From Microbotryum violaceum (Eukaryota), in NCBI GenBank assembly GCA_001244265.2, contig CDLV01000006.1:372001-436000 (forward strand): a stretch of 64,000 nt of DNA. The letters run 5' to 3'. Every line of letters starts with the position of its first letter. Position 1 is the first letter of the stretch. A program made the translations under genes and the position numbers. The notes under the pieces were generated by a model that did not search any database, was not told the origin of the DNA, and was given only the letters and a program-made list of their open reading frames with translations. Shown here piece after piece: positions 1 to 13,600 of this stretch.

Positions 1-57
1 GCGCCGATCGGATACTACGCGCGGCGCGGTCATGAGCAACTGTTAAAATCAGGCTTC

Positions 58-197
58 TCATTTTGTTCCCTGATCGGGTGCCCCTTGGCCTAGCCAGTGT
101 GCTTTAATGCATCTCCTCCGACATTTCCAGTGACTCATAGGCCCTAATACAATTAGACTGTTATTGAAATTTATCAGATAAAAGAAACCGAAAAAAC
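58..197 (+). mobile_element. 3' UTR / A-rich tail of a LINE, related to the LINE at 21.4-22.45 kb
   Basis: ATTTTGTTCC...TGGCCTAGCCAGTGTGCTT..TGCAT.TCCTCCG...CTGTTA.TGAAAT.TAT aligns colinearly with 22306-22430 and is followed by an A-rich run. Confidence 0.7.
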
Positions 198-2286
198 CTG
201 CTGTGGCTGGCGCCGAGGGCCGCTTACCTCGCCAGGTAGACTCGTCAAAACAGAGTCGAACCCTGGGCCACTTATCAACTGTGGGCCTCCTGTGCAAATC
301 TGTGGCGGACAGCTACCTTGTCCTTCACCACAGGTTCCACAGGTTATCTGTCAGGTCAAGCTGAGGCTTGCAAAGTGCACTGAGCGGTTTGCGAATCGAA
401 ACAGGGGTGCAGACCGAGCACGAGAATCGCCAACTGCATGAGTCTATCAAGCACATCCGTCCCACGACTTTGTCCAGTAGTGGTGGATATGAAGAGGTCA
501 ATTTGCCTCCAGTTTGAAGACATCCTCGCCCTTCTTGCGCAATAGTTCGACCAGTTCCCGGTTGTCTGAAAACATGACTTTGTGGATATCACCTTCCAGT
601 CGATACCAAGCCTAGCCCAGAGTACTATGAACTCGAATTTCAAATCCGTGGTGCATGCGCATCTTGATATGTACACTCAAAAAAAATCACGAAAAGGGTT
701 CACGAGGGAGGCTCAATGTAGGAGTTGGATCTGGCTAGGCTAAACAAGGAGCAGTCGCCTGCCACTTAGCACCGCCAGCGTAAGAGTTCCGATGTGAAAC
801 CAATTCAAAAGCAACAGAAAAGAAAAGGGGACCTTGTCGACCGAGGTGGAGATGGCTTGAAGACCGTGTGCAACTAGAGGTTAATGCGTACACTAGAAGT
901 AAGCTACCTGGTACCATAGGATTAGGGTACATGCTACATGCTACTCACTGATGTTAGGGGTAACGTGAGGTCTTCGATCCGAGCAGGTGAGATCGGTCGA
1001 CTCGGTGACGCAGTGGAGGCTACTGTGTGGAGAGTGTAGGCGAGGATCGAATCGTCAGCCCCGTCTCGCCCGTCGTCAAGGGCCGGCGAGCAAGATCGAT
1101 CCATCGATCAATCAAGGGTCAAAGCAAAGACTCACGGGGTACGATCAAATGCAAGCGGTCTTGTGGACCAGGAACAACCTCAGTGACATGCCGTAGGCGC
1201 CATTCAACACTCGTCGACGAGTGGATAGGCTGATGGCAAGCCGTGACGCAGCGAGAGACGGCAAGGTCGGAGGCAGTGGCGAGGTGGGAAGCGAGAGATC
1301 GCAGTGAGAGGGGAGAGGGGAGAGGGGAGAGGTGGTGTGGGGTAAGATGATGGAGGTGGGATGGTGAGAGATGGACGCGAGACGGGTAAACACGAAACGA
1401 GTCTGTCCGACCCTACGCCACACGAACACGATCACAGCTAGGTGGTTACTCACACTTTTAACGGTGGGAGGGATCGAACGACAGACTCTACCACATCACA
1501 AAGGCCACCGTTTCGTATCCTCCTGAAAAGGGGGGCGATGTCGGCAAGATTAAGTGGTGCGAGAAGTGCAGAGCGCGTCGACGAGGAGAAGGAAGGAGAA
1601 AGAGAGAGGCGACGAGCTCGAGGTGGTTGCTGACTTGGGTGCGGGGTGTGCGCTTGGCAGAATGAGTCATCTCATCGATATGACGCCACGCTGTGACTTC
1701 AAGCTTTCGATTTTCTCCACCTCTGCCGAGCGCGGCCGAGAGCGGCCGAGAGCGCCGAAGATCTTAACGGACAGGGGACCGTGCGCCCCACATCGAGGCC
1801 AACGATCCACCCCTCGGAAAGTCGGAGTTGTCTCAGCCGATCCAATGAAATTATAGTTGGACCGGACAAATGTCGCTTCCACGATGGCAGCTCCGAGGAG
1901 TACCCATTCGGCACCTACCAGGTACCTACCTGATACCTAGTGCTTGAATCAAGGGCCTAGACACTTGCGTAACTAGGGCCTACCTACCGGTAGCAAAGAA
2001 GGCAAAACTACCGCTACCGGTGCAGGTGCCCAAATCGAAACTTGTCGCGACTCGAAATGAAGATAACCCACAGGAATGCGAATTGCGTTAATTCGACCAA
2101 TGAGCAGCCGCGCTTCTTTCATTTAACCCTTGAGTAAATCGGACCGCTTCTGCCGATCAATACGTACCCATCCCCATTTGGCCATCCGAATCGGTCGCGT
2201 CCAACTTCCCTCCCTCTGGCCATCTCCTTGTCAGGTTACCAGCTGTTAGCGCACTGCTGGCCCACCATCGGACGTGTCGTCAAACC

Positions 2287-2963
2287 ATGACGCGCTTGTC
2301 GATATCCCTCGTCATCGTGGGGGTCCTGGTGCACGGAGTTGTCGGCTCGCTCACGTACGAGCCTGATTTTTCAACGGGAGCGCCCGATAGCAGATGCAAG
2401 GACGGGCAATACTTCAGCACCTCAAGTAAGCCGGAAGCAAAAAGTCACCGATGAGATCATTCTTTTTCAGTCTCGTATGCTGATGACAATGCTTACCGCT
2501 TGAATCAGGTAATAGGTGCCTCGAGTGCAGCGGCAAGTTTCGGAATAGCCTGCGGTGCACCGAAGACGAGGCCTCTCGTGGTGCGTACAACATGTCCGCA
2601 ACGAATGCATTCTACCGGTAATGCCATGTGAATTGATGTAAGAACGCTCTTAGCAGTGACTATGGCTACCTCGACAACGGCAATTGCGTGCGAAGGACGG
2701 TATGCCTGGGCGCCTATTACGTTTCCCCGCGAGATGGTACGTGACCAACGTCGGAGTCCGAAGCGATCCCACCGCCCCTAACCCAAGCTGATCACCTTCA
2801 CTCCCTCCATCTCGCTCCTCGATATGTGATCTTCCCTCGCGCTGTTACAGGTGCTTCCTGTGTACCGTGTCCGGATCGGAATGCGGCGTCGTGCGACGCG
2901 TTTGGGACATCGATCACGTGCAGCTACGGCGCGGAGACCGCCGGGGTCTGTCGCGCCGTGCCG
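2287..2963 (+). pseudogene. 5' half of a secreted Cys-rich repeat protein gene (effector-like), broken by an inversion
   Basis: Signal-peptide-like MTRLSISLVIVGVLVHGVVG. Exons 2287-2425, 2509-2580, 2657-2736, 2851-2963 with GT..AG introns. Peptides CKDGQY, CLECSGK, NCVRRTVC, CVPCPDRNAASC, TCSYG. Apparent 1-nt frameshift at the exon 2/3 junction. Confidence 0.8.
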
Positions 2964-4075
2964 AGGCCACCGACACTCGACTTGGACCCGACGGCGCAGA
3001 CAGTCGCGTGCAACGATCTACTTTGACCAAGCTCGAGTCCATCCTGCGCACCGGCAATCGCTTTGTGAGGGAGTTCGCATCGGCCAAAGCTCACGCAGGT
3101 TGGGATACGGCCAAAGAGTGGATCCTGCACCTCTGCCTCCCGCCAGGCCGGGACCGACGCACCCACAACCTTCCTACGTCAAGCACGGAAATGGCGATGC
3201 TTATCTGCGATTCCGACACCGACACGGGAGATCGTGGACCGCAAGACCTTATTCTCCAGGTGCACGGTGAATGATGGTCCCGATGGTCGGCCCAAGTACC
3301 AAATCGTTAGCTCGCTCCATCCGTCTGCGATGCCTCTCCGGTACTCACTACTATTTCCTGCAGGGCAAGATGGCTTCCACCCCAACATTTCTTTTTGCGG
3401 GTTCCACCAAGCCGGGCCGCCAATCGCCAGAAACCGAGAGCAGATCGACAATGGTGTCCAATTGCGCGAGGTACTTGCCGGTCTCGGTCTGGATGACGAA
3501 GACGAACAGGAGGACGAAGACCGCGACAATGAGGATGAAGACGGCGAGGAAGGGGACGAAGAGGATGGTGATGGCGAACGTACGCGTCTTCGGCTCTTTC
3601 TCTGAGGTTCCATTCTGTCTAAGGCGCAAGCACAGACTGACATTGAACTTTTGAACACCTAGGACGAAGGTCAAGTAAAGGGTTCGAGGTGGCGAGTCTC
3701 GCGTTCACAATTCTTTGCGCACTACTTGCCAAAGGCGACGAGTACTTCTCAATCCCGCATTGCAACCAACGTCCCTTCCTGGATTTTGTGATTTACGGAT
3801 GTACTCCCAAGTCAGGACCGATTGACTCAACACATCCGGTTGCATCAAGAGAACCTACGCCTCACCACGACCCAAGGCATCAACGGCTTGACCCCGAACC
3901 AAATTGCGAAATCACGCAGCGATACCAGGATGCGATGGCGTGCGTTGTCAAACATGGAAAGCCTCCGCTGCTCATCAAGATGACGTACGACCCCGACTCA
4001 CCGGAAACTAAGGCTGCACTGGGGCCGATAAAGCATGCAACCGCCCGGATCATCTTATCGCACGAGTCGGGTTCT
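2964..4075 (+). mobile_element. Degenerate Helitron Rep/helicase fragment (continuation of 15968-16680)
   Basis: Frameshifted motifs THNLPTSSTEMAML, SSLHPSAMPLRYSLLFPAGQDGFH, SQFFAHYL, and Rep motif 1 QRYQDAMACVVKHGKPPLLIKMTYDPDSPE. Confidence 0.9.
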
Positions 4076-4299
4076 CACTGGTGTGCATAAAATACATTCT
4101 GTTGTTCTTGACCGCTAGGCTAAAAGCAAGTCGTAACTAGAACTCGGCAGTTCTAGCTACTCAGAGGCTACTTAAGAGGGCAGTTTTGTAAGGCACCCCC
4201 TTACACGGACTCTTCTGGACTCCACCAAATCGGGATTTCCCAGCTGCGACCGCTGCACACTGTCACCTTCGACTCAGCACGTGCACTCCACTGTTCACC

Positions 4300-7200
4300 A
4301 TGGAACAACTCAAGCAACAAGATCGAAGAGGATCAATCCGAAAAGTCTTCGGATCGCTCATTCGAAAGAAGTCTTCGTCTTCTTCACCATCGTATGCCAA
4401 TGGTGTCGATGAGGCTGCGTCAGTGCAGCCCCGGCCTCTCGACGCCTCGCGACAGCCACCTCGACCGAAGGCGCGCCATCCGCCCGGTGGGGCCCCACCA
4501 ACTCTTACTGATGCGAGAGCCAGTACATCCACCAAGACAAACCCAGTGGTTAACTCTCGCAGCTCTTTCAGCTTCTCATCAAGTGTCACGGAGTCGCGCT
4601 TCTCGTGGCAAGATCTCGGACTAGCGCGCCCGCCGCCATCACCGAATCAGATGAGCAGTCGAGGGCCCGCGGTGATGGCCCCAGCGGGCCGGCGCCGCAC
4701 GACAGTCTCAGCGATTTCGGCCCCGGAAACAGCCTTCAATTACCACCAATGCTGCTTAACTTGAGCAGCCCCAACGACGTGAGCGGAGTGGCAATTGGCC
4801 TACAAGTCGGGTTTGATCGGTAAGCTTTTCCTTGTCAGGCTATCCAGTGCCGTCTTCACATTCTCGAATTTAACCCCAAGACTAATATAACTCGCAGACT
4901 TTGACGATCCTCCTTTACCACCTATGGGTCTCCACCTATCCGCTTCGGACTATGTCTCTTCCTCGGGCATCCATCGATCACCCGTGCCGCTCGACGAGAC
5001 TCTCCGCCAGCGTGCCGTGGACAACCTTGGGCTTCTGCCGTCCGTGCAACACCGTGCTTCGAATGCATCGGTCGACACGGTCTACGACGGGGACCGTGGG
5101 CGCTCGAAGACACCTTCATCCGACTTGGATCTACCCTCTCCCAAAGAGTTGGCGTCGCACCCCGCTTTACAAGCCTTGATCACCAAGGCGAACGGCCACT
5201 TCGGGACCTGCGCGGGCAACGTCTCGCTTGTTTCGCAGGACAAGGTCGTCTACTTTGCCGAGCAGGGCTTGGGCGGGCTCGATAGTCTACCAAGGAAAGA
5301 GGTGGCCTGTGATAACACGTTGAACAAGGCGTCCGTACAAGGACTGCCATGTGACGATGGTCTCAGAGGCATCGAGTTCGGGGAGCTCGGCGCCGTGGAC
5401 CGCAGTGCAGAGGGGTTGATCATTCCAGACCTCAGCAAAGACTAGCGCTTCTCAAAGGCAAGTAGCGGGCGCGAGTGGTCGGGAGGCTTTGTTATCATTG
5501 AAGAGAGCTGACCTCAGATCACGAACGCCTCCTGGGTCCTGGCCACAGAACATGTTCGGAGAGTTTTCAAAGGGTTTCGGGCCGCCACCTATGTCCAGGG
5601 AGTTGCCGGCGAAGCGGGAAAATAAAAAAATAAAAAAAAATAAAAAAGAGAAGGAAGGGAAGGAAAAAAGAGAAGAAAAGAGAAAGAAAAAGAAAAAGGA
5701 AGAAAATAAAGAAAAGAAGGGAAGAAGGGGGAAGGAGGGGGAAGAAGGAAAGTCGAACACATGATGTACATGGGCATAGTACTCTCTTGTTAACTTGCCC
5801 GAATTCGGTATCTTTACACCAACACCAGGTACACGCAAAGATGGTATGCCTAAGCCTGAGAAACACGCTTACAGTCCCGCTCGCAGCCGCCTCACTTCAA
5901 AGCCTTTTCAAAGCTCGGACAGCAGTGTAAGGAGCAATGAAACAAACAAGCTTTGAACACGGGGATTACAAGATATATCCTTTGCTTTACCAGATATGGC
6001 TTCCACAAAAACTGTGCGAACATCTCACCGTGTTGGAGTTCCAATGCTTAGAGTAAGGCACCGGTCAATTGAGATCGCGGGTTCGGCGAGGCCAATCCGA
6101 GCTACCAACGAGTCTCGAATCACCGTTCTTGAGGACCGTTTTGTTGCGCTGGTATCCGTTGGAGCACATCCTGAATGGTGGAACAATTCGTAAATTGAAG
6201 GCCGATGAAATATCAAGATACCGAGGATGCCCATGTAGCGCAGAGAAGGATGCCGATCGATACCGATGCCGATAAGGATCAAGCCGAGGTCAGAAGATCT
6301 TGTCATATGGTCCGCCGAGCATAAACTCACGCCAGTCCTTCTTCTTGCGAGCTTCATACAAAGGCTGTTGGTAGCGCGAAGTGATGGCACGCTGGATGGC
6401 AGGTCGTGGAGCCAATCTGTATCCTCCTTGTGTTCCGATCTTAGTGGTTGCATCGAGTCACGATTTCGTCCCGCCGCAGTTCCAAATCCTCAATCGCCGA
6501 GGGAGCACAAGACCCGACACTCTTGCCGTCTGATGCTTGTTAAGTGTGTTCGATTCTTCATAGTAGTAACTGACTTTGTCCGTTGCTCTGCTCACTTGAG
6601 AGACGGCGTCCGTTCGGATCTTCGACCATACGGACCGGGTGGGCTCGGTAGAACTAAAGTCGAAGCGAAGGGTAGCTCAAAGTGACTATAGATGCGTTGA
6701 ACGAGTCGGACTGGGTATCGAAACATGAACGGATTTCTTTCTAGTCACTCCTCTGGGAACCGAGAACACAGAAACGCCGACTTCAGTACACGAGATGGAG
6801 TGGCAGGGGGAACGGGCTAATGGTCGGGCGACGACTCACGGTACCTTTTCTCGAACGGCTCTATTTCATGGCAGATGTTGTGACGATGGATGTCAGCTTA
6901 GCAACGGATATCATCGAGACGATCCTTAGTATTCGAGCTGTTACCATTGACCTGCACTTCTTGCGTAGTCCAATGATCGTGGTCGACCAACGTTGGCTCC
7001 GACCTGATCCTTATCGAGTCGGCGACTCCTGAACTTGGCTCATCTGAAGGTATTGCTCAGCGGGTATTCCAAGTTTTGCTACTTGCTTCTTTGTTGGTCT
7101 GATTGTCTTCAAGAATGCCTTGGGACGTTGTAGGCGGTTGACGACGATGGAACGAGGTGGACGGCGGACCTCGGGAGCCTGACGTTGGTGCGCTCGTGAT

Positions 7201-8816
7201 GCTAGATCAATGGCGGTCTTGCTCGATCGATGGCTCATGTAGGTTGATGAGCATTGGATTACAGCCCAACTCCGTGTCTTTGTCGACGTAAAGTGTAAAG
7301 TGTGCTAGTTCAGTGTCTCGCCCAGGCGTGCTGTTCACGCCAAATCGTTTCGATCGGCTTTGCTGAACGGCATCGGATGGGATCAACAATTGATGGCGAG
7401 TCTTGCGGTGACGTGGCAAAATACGTTGTGTGAGCTCGATGTGGTTGTCGCGCCGCGGGGGGCACGTGACTTCTGCTAACTTCCCGTGGGCCAATGCCAA
7501 CTTCCCCCACGCCTCTGCTAACTTCGCCAGTTTATGCCTAATCGGGCCGCAAGCGGGCCTCAAGCGCGCGCGCGCGCCTGAAGTTGGCGAGGTTAGCGCT
7601 CCCTGGACACCGCCAGCGCCCAGGGTCAGTACGCCGGCACCCCATCCGACTTCCTTCGGCTCTTGGTGACTCGTTTCCCACAAGACCCTGCGGTGTGTTT
7701 TGTATCCTTTCACAACAAGCTTGGACCGAACCTTTCGCGGACCAGGACCGTCAAATTCTCGCCAACCTTGCGGACGAAGCCGGACGCGAGCTGTTGAAAG
7801 TCAGCCAGGAGCGAACCGGGAAGCGCGGCGACAAGCTGCTGGCCAAGTACGAAGAGCTCAAGAACGCGAGTGCCGAGGCGGACCTACGAGCGCGAGTGAA
7901 GCGGGGGACGGTGTCACAGGTGGTGTTTCAAGAAGAGCTTCAGAACAGCAATGATGGTGCTTTACGGTCGATCGGACAATATCAGTCACTTGAGCGGGCT
8001 ATCCGCGGCGGCAATCTTTTTGAGCGTCGGACATCGCGGAACGGTTCGATCGACGCTCCATTCAAGAGTGCAAATCGCCACAGGCTCCCCTACCCCGAGC
8101 AACCCCTCGACCCCAGGCGGAGGTAAGCCTCCCACCACCACCAGTTCGACTGCCTCTTTGATACGCTCCTTCGCGCTCGACGAATTATACAATCTCTCGG
8201 CGAAAAGCGCGGCACCTGTCTTCCCGCGACGCCTCGCTCGGACCACTCGCGCCGATCCTGAAGCCGCGGGCGTCAACGTCCCCGCAGCTGAAGTATCGGA
8301 TGGCATCAAGAGCTGTTTCGATCTCTCGACAAGGATGATCTGCGAGAGCTTGGACTTTGACTTCTGTCGTGCGTGCATTCTATCACGCAGCGATGGTGGA
8401 CCTTGGCTGATAATTACTTGCCCTATTGCACACACGCAGACCTACTTATGATCAATCGCACAACTGGCAAAGCGGCAGTTTTATCCTCCCACAATTTGCC
8501 GCTGCCACCCCCGTTGTTCCATCTCGAATCTCATCTGAGTGCATCGACAGCTCAGGCGGTGCTCTACAATCGCTCCTCACCTTCCGGGGAGCTTGCTGCT
8601 TCAACAACTCTAGAGGACGACGAAGTCGCATCGGGTTTGATTTTTCGCTTGCCAACAAGATCGGTTTCGCTGACGGGGTTGGCAAGCAGGAGTGACGAGA
8701 AGGTGTATGTGCTGGGTGCATTCTCGACGGACCCCAGAAGAGTGATCGGGAGACAGGACTTAGCCTTTGTCAAGAGCACGATGCCCATACTTGGAAAAGG
8801 ATGCGATAGACTGTGA
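4300..8816 (+). pseudogene. GAF-domain sensor-like protein pseudogene, interrupted by a TIR element
   Basis: GAF-like segments LPRKEVACDNTL, IIPDLSKD*RFSK (TAG 5443-5445 where W is expected), GVFCILSQQAWTEPFADQDRQILANLADEA. Frameshifts near 4722 and 8060; insertion at 5592-7609. Confidence 0.7.
5592..7609. mobile_element. Non-autonomous or decayed TIR DNA element, ~2.0 kb
   Basis: TGTCCAGGGAG (5592-5602) and CTCCCTGGACA (7599-7609) form an inverted pair. Subterminal TCTGCTAACTTC/GCCAACTTC repeats; purine tract 5618-5755; sits inside a GAF-gene exon. No clear TSD. Confidence 0.6.
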
Positions 8817-9002
8817 GGAATGCAGTTCAGTGCGAACGCCTCCAATGTGATTCGAGGGGATCTCCTTGGGGTTGAGTATCACTCACGGCGTCTGTTAGCG
8901 AGCCACCGGGCATGACATAGCACTCGAGCAGCCTCGTGGATGCCAGCTCCGTCGATGTCCACTCTACACCCTGGGCTTGACAACCGTGAGAGCCACTCGA
9001 GT

Positions 9003-10380
9003 TCACCCGCAACCCAATTCGAACGTTGTAGTCTTCGGGCCGATCTTGACATCGATCTGCTTCACGTCGATCGGGATAGTTCTCAATTCTCTTCCCAACT
9101 CATCATTCATGTGCTGAACAGCTTCGTCGTCGAAAGGAAGTATCGCTGTGCCGAGAGTGTCTTGGTCAGAGCGCCTCGATGAGGTGAGGGCCGTCCAAGC
9201 GATTGAGGTATGGAATCGGGGTTGCGAATAGTAAGGTTCGAGACGGAGCGAGATGACAGTCTGGTCGATCAACCTGGTCAATCGATTCATCTTACAAAGT
9301 GAAGGAGTATTCGAGGTCAGAGAAAGGGGCAGAGGCCGAACTGGAACGAGCGAAAATGTGGTCCACTCACCTGGTCCCAGCCATTACCGATTTCAATGCC
9401 CAAGAATCGCGTGGTGCATTGATCATTTTCCAAGACAGCAAAGTTCGCGTACCTAGCTTGAAACCTGTCAGCGTTGACTTGGTTGGAATCAGCATTCGCT
9501 CGTCCAACGTGCTAGGCAATCGCAGGAAAAAAACACTCGCGGCTCAATGACCTGCGCCGCTTTCCGGACTCCATCCAGCAGTGCCTGCCGTTGGTTTGTC
9601 ATCAACATCAACGGCCTAGAAAGACTCAAGTGTAGCTCGTCTTGCTTCTTCTCTTCCTTCTGTGCCGAAGACGAAGCGGATTGGGCATACTTGTCTGCGA
9701 GGTGCGACTCCGAGAAGAGTGGGACGATGCTCTCACGCGAGGCGGCAGATTCGGTACTCGCTGCCTCTGCGGTGGCCAGTATTCGACTCCGAGCGATGCA
9801 ACGTTGGATGATACGCTTGAGAGGTTCTGTTGCTTGGACTAACAGTCCATGCAGAGGGGCAAGACTATGTTAGCACTCCTTCACAGAGGCAGCGGCCCGG
9901 GAAGGTCTCGACCTACTGGTGATGAACACGTGCGAAGGCCATTGCCCCGGAACGTGTGGATGAATACGCGTTCGAAGAGCTTGTTTTTGAGGTGCAGCTT
10001 TTTGAGCTGCTGCTTTTTGAGCTGCGAGGAAGTGGACATTGCAGAGACGTGATGTGCGCGATACTCGACTGGACCATCAGCCCAACTTGATTTACAGGGG
10101 TCGGTTCCAGTCGAGCGAAGTGGTAGCTCACCAGTGGTCCCGTCCGATTCGATCAACGTGACTGGGTCGACAGATGTCCTGGAAAGTTTGTCCTTCGGTT
10201 CGTCATCGAAATCGATGCGCGGCAGTTTCCTGTCCAGCGTGGATTTGCAGCACCCAAGTTCGTGTCCGACGTGTACAGCCACCAAAGTCAGCGCTTCTAG
10301 ATCCAGCCTGCTCTCCTCTGTTGCGGCGATAAAGCAAGGGTCCTGGAGGAACACGATTAAACCCACCTCTTGATGGCCAT
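9003..10380 (-). CDS. USB1: U6 snRNA phosphodiesterase (2H / HVSL family), multi-exon
   Basis: RIHPHVPGQWPSHVF, LHLSLSRP, FAVLENDQCTTRFLGIE, PRFHTSIAW (two HxS/T motifs). Confidence 0.85.
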
Positions 10381-10688
10381 CGGACCCCGACACTCGGCGC
10401 CCTGCGACTCGACGACGGACGTGTAGAGAGATTGCCAGCTCACGACGGAGCGCGAGACGGACCACCACGCCGAATTAACTCACGTGACTTGGAATGCCTG
10501 GGCGGTGGGAAGCTCGGCACTGCAGGGCACTGCAGCGGGCACTCGAGTGAGTCGCCATCACCCGGTCCCGGGGCCATTGTCAGATCCGCAGCCTCTGTAA
10601 GCCCAACATAGGACTAGCTCCGAGCGTGAAGGTTGAGGTTCTAGACCATCCCATCGACTCCTCTTGTCCTCCGCCGCGGTCGCCCGAG

Positions 10689-13600
10689 ATGAGCCGCCGC
10701 GTTCCTGCGCCGGTCCTGACCCACGCCGGTCTCATGTCGCCCATCTCACTGAGCTCACCCACGTCGTCGTCGTCGCTGAGCAACACTCGACCGCTGTCGG
10801 CCGCTGTCTCGTCGTCGTCGCCCTCGGCGTCAACCTCAATGTCACCCTCGCCGTGGTCCGCGACGCCGTCATCCGCAGCATCGGAACCACCAGCGGCGGA
10901 GGCACGATTGACCCCCAGCTCGGAAGGAGGGGCCAAGGAGCCGACACTGCTGTCGACACTGTCCGCCAACGATGAAGAGTCGTTGCTGTGCCTGTGTGTC
11001 GCGCAGGGCGATGCGAACGTTGCCAGTGTCGGTGTCGGTGGGGGTGCTCGAGCAGGATCGTCATCATCGCCGTCGTCGTCGTCGGTGTCGGGGAGGGTCT
11101 ATGCAGGAAGTCAGGGCGGATCAATTCATGTACGTCCCACTCGATGGGTCGTTCCCCACCGAGCGAGCTGATCCGACTGACTCCAGTTGCCCCGCCCCTT
11201 TACAGGTGTGGAGCTTGGCCTCGCTCAGTAGGATCGCTCGGCTTTCCGGTCACACCGGTGCGGTGTTGGCCCTCGAAACCGTGAACGAGAACGGATGGCT
11301 CATTAGTGCTAGTGGTCAGTCACCTCACCTCACCTCACCCCATCCCCCACTGCGTCAACCCCCCACTGTCCGCACGTCCGCTCAGGTCTCTCTGCCGATC
11401 CCGGCCAGCGCTGATCCTGTTGCTGCACGATACAGGTGATGGCACAATCAGGGTCTGGCACACGCCTACGCTCTCGCCTTTGTTCCTCATACACCCGCCC
11501 CACGACAACGTCGGCGACATCTTCTCGCTCGTCTACGTACCCGATCGCTTCATCTCCGACGACCCGCCCGACTCGGCCTCGTCCGAGGACCATGGCCACG
11601 ACCATGAGCAGTCCCCAGTGCACCAACGAGCCAAAACCATCTGGGAGCACGACGGCAAGCCTTCATCGTTCAAGAATGCGCCTGGAAGGGGGCCGAGCAA
11701 GGAGAGGAACATTCCAGATAATTCTGCGCAGAATAGCCATGCGCGCGGTGGGGGGCGCCTCTTTGCAGGCTGTCAGGACACCTCCCTCCAAGTCAGTTCT
11801 CATCTGTCGGAGAGGACCGCATTCCGAGTAGCTGAAACCCTTTGGTTGCCCTCACTCAGTGGATCGACCTGCCGGCGCTGCCGTCGTCAACGCACGCAGC
11901 TCCCTCCGACTTCCCCACATCCAGAACTCCGACCCCAATCCCCTCCTTCCCCTCCCCAGGTCTAGCATCATCGTCTCCCCCTATCCATCGCGCGCCCAAT
12001 AAATTCTTCGACAACTACGACCTTAAATCTCGCGCGATCCCCTTGTTGGGCTCACCCGGTCACACCACCCCCATCACCTCGACGCCGAGAGCCAACACAA
12101 GATCGTCCTCACTGACCGACCTGCAGGGCTCGAGTCTGGCCGCATCCGGCAAGCATGCCGTTACGGCTGGCGCCTCGGGTGCCTTTGCGGCCAACGGTGG
12201 CGATGGCTCGATCGATCTGCAGATCAGCGAAGACTGCATCGCCACCTTTGCGCACTACGGCTACATTGTGAGTCGACCACCCTGCGCGTGACGGCAGCGA
12301 GACTGATCTTTGCTGCTACTCTGGTTGTTTTCGTAGTACTGTCTAACCTCATCTTGCTCAAATGACTCGCCCATCGTGATTTCTGGCTCGGGCGACTCGC
12401 TGATTCGACTGTGGTCCCCCCATCGATCGTCGCTCTCGCTTATCCACACCTTGCATCCGCCACCGTCCGCACCCCCCACCTCCGAAGCCATCCTGTCGTT
12501 GGCGACGCACCCTACCTTGCCAACCTTATTCGCGGGTCACCAAGGGGGTCTCATCACCATCTGGGATCTCGACACGTTCCAATCGCTGCGCATCCTGACG
12601 CCGCATACGTATGACGTGTTGAGCATGGTATGTCTCGAGCGTGGAGAGCTCTACGCCGGCGATTCGGGGGGAGGTGTGACGCGGTGTGACAAGGCCTTCA
12701 CAGTTGTGCAGCGGTGGCAGGCTGCAGGGGATACGCACGACAGTCGCAGGGAAGGTGCGGTTCTTGGGATGGCACTGACCGATGGGAACCGGCGCGACAA
12801 GGGGAGTGAAGCCGTAGCGGGTAGGAAGAGTCTTTTCACGGGAGGTAACGACCGCTTCCTGAAGGTTTGTCGAACCCCAATAGGCCTGAAAGCTTCCTTG
12901 ACTGATGTTGGCTTCTTGGGCCCGCCCATTCTTCAGGCTTGGGACTTGGTCGAGCCACCGGAGCTGACGAAGGAACAGGAAGCTGCTCAAAGTGACAAAG
13001 GCTTCCAAGGTGAGCAGAGAGGTGTGCTCACCATAGCTATAGCTCGATCTGCTGCTTACGCCGAAGGTTCAACGTTGATACCGACTACAGGCGAGCTTTT
13101 CCACCTGCTGTCGCGCTTCGTCGCCTACAAGTCCATCGCATCGCTGCCCAAGCTTCACGCCGAGGAGTGCCGACAAACGGCTCTGTACCTCAAGCGAGTG
13201 TTGCGCTCGTTCGGAGCCAGTGTCGCACAGGTCATTCCGAATGAGGTCGAGGGCAAGAATCCGTTCGTTTTTGCCCAGTTCTTGGCGAATGCGCTTCCCA
13301 AGGTCGACTCGGCGGGTGCGCCAATCCTCAGGCGCAAGCGTGTGCTATTTTACGGGCACTATGATGTGGTCGCGGCGGACGAGGAGAAGGAGGGATGGAC
13401 ACATGATCCGTGGAAGCTCACGGGGAAAGATGGCTGGCTTTATGGGCGTGGGGTCACGGATAACAAGGTACAGGAGCATTCTCGCAATATGAGAAGTGAC
13501 ATGAAGTTGACTCCCCCTGTTCTCCTTCAGGGCCCAATCCTTGCGATCGCCTCGGCCGCATCGTCGCTGCAACTGTCTCAATCCCTCCCAGTCGATCTCG

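Noticed and set aside
200-2200. Possible LTR or TE remnant upstream of the Cys gene
   Set aside because: No paired LTR, PBS/PPT, convincing TIR or recognisable protein motif visible
5489-5866. Lys/Glu-rich and Phe/Leu-rich ORFs
   Set aside because: Translation artefacts of a purine-rich low-complexity tract inside a TE
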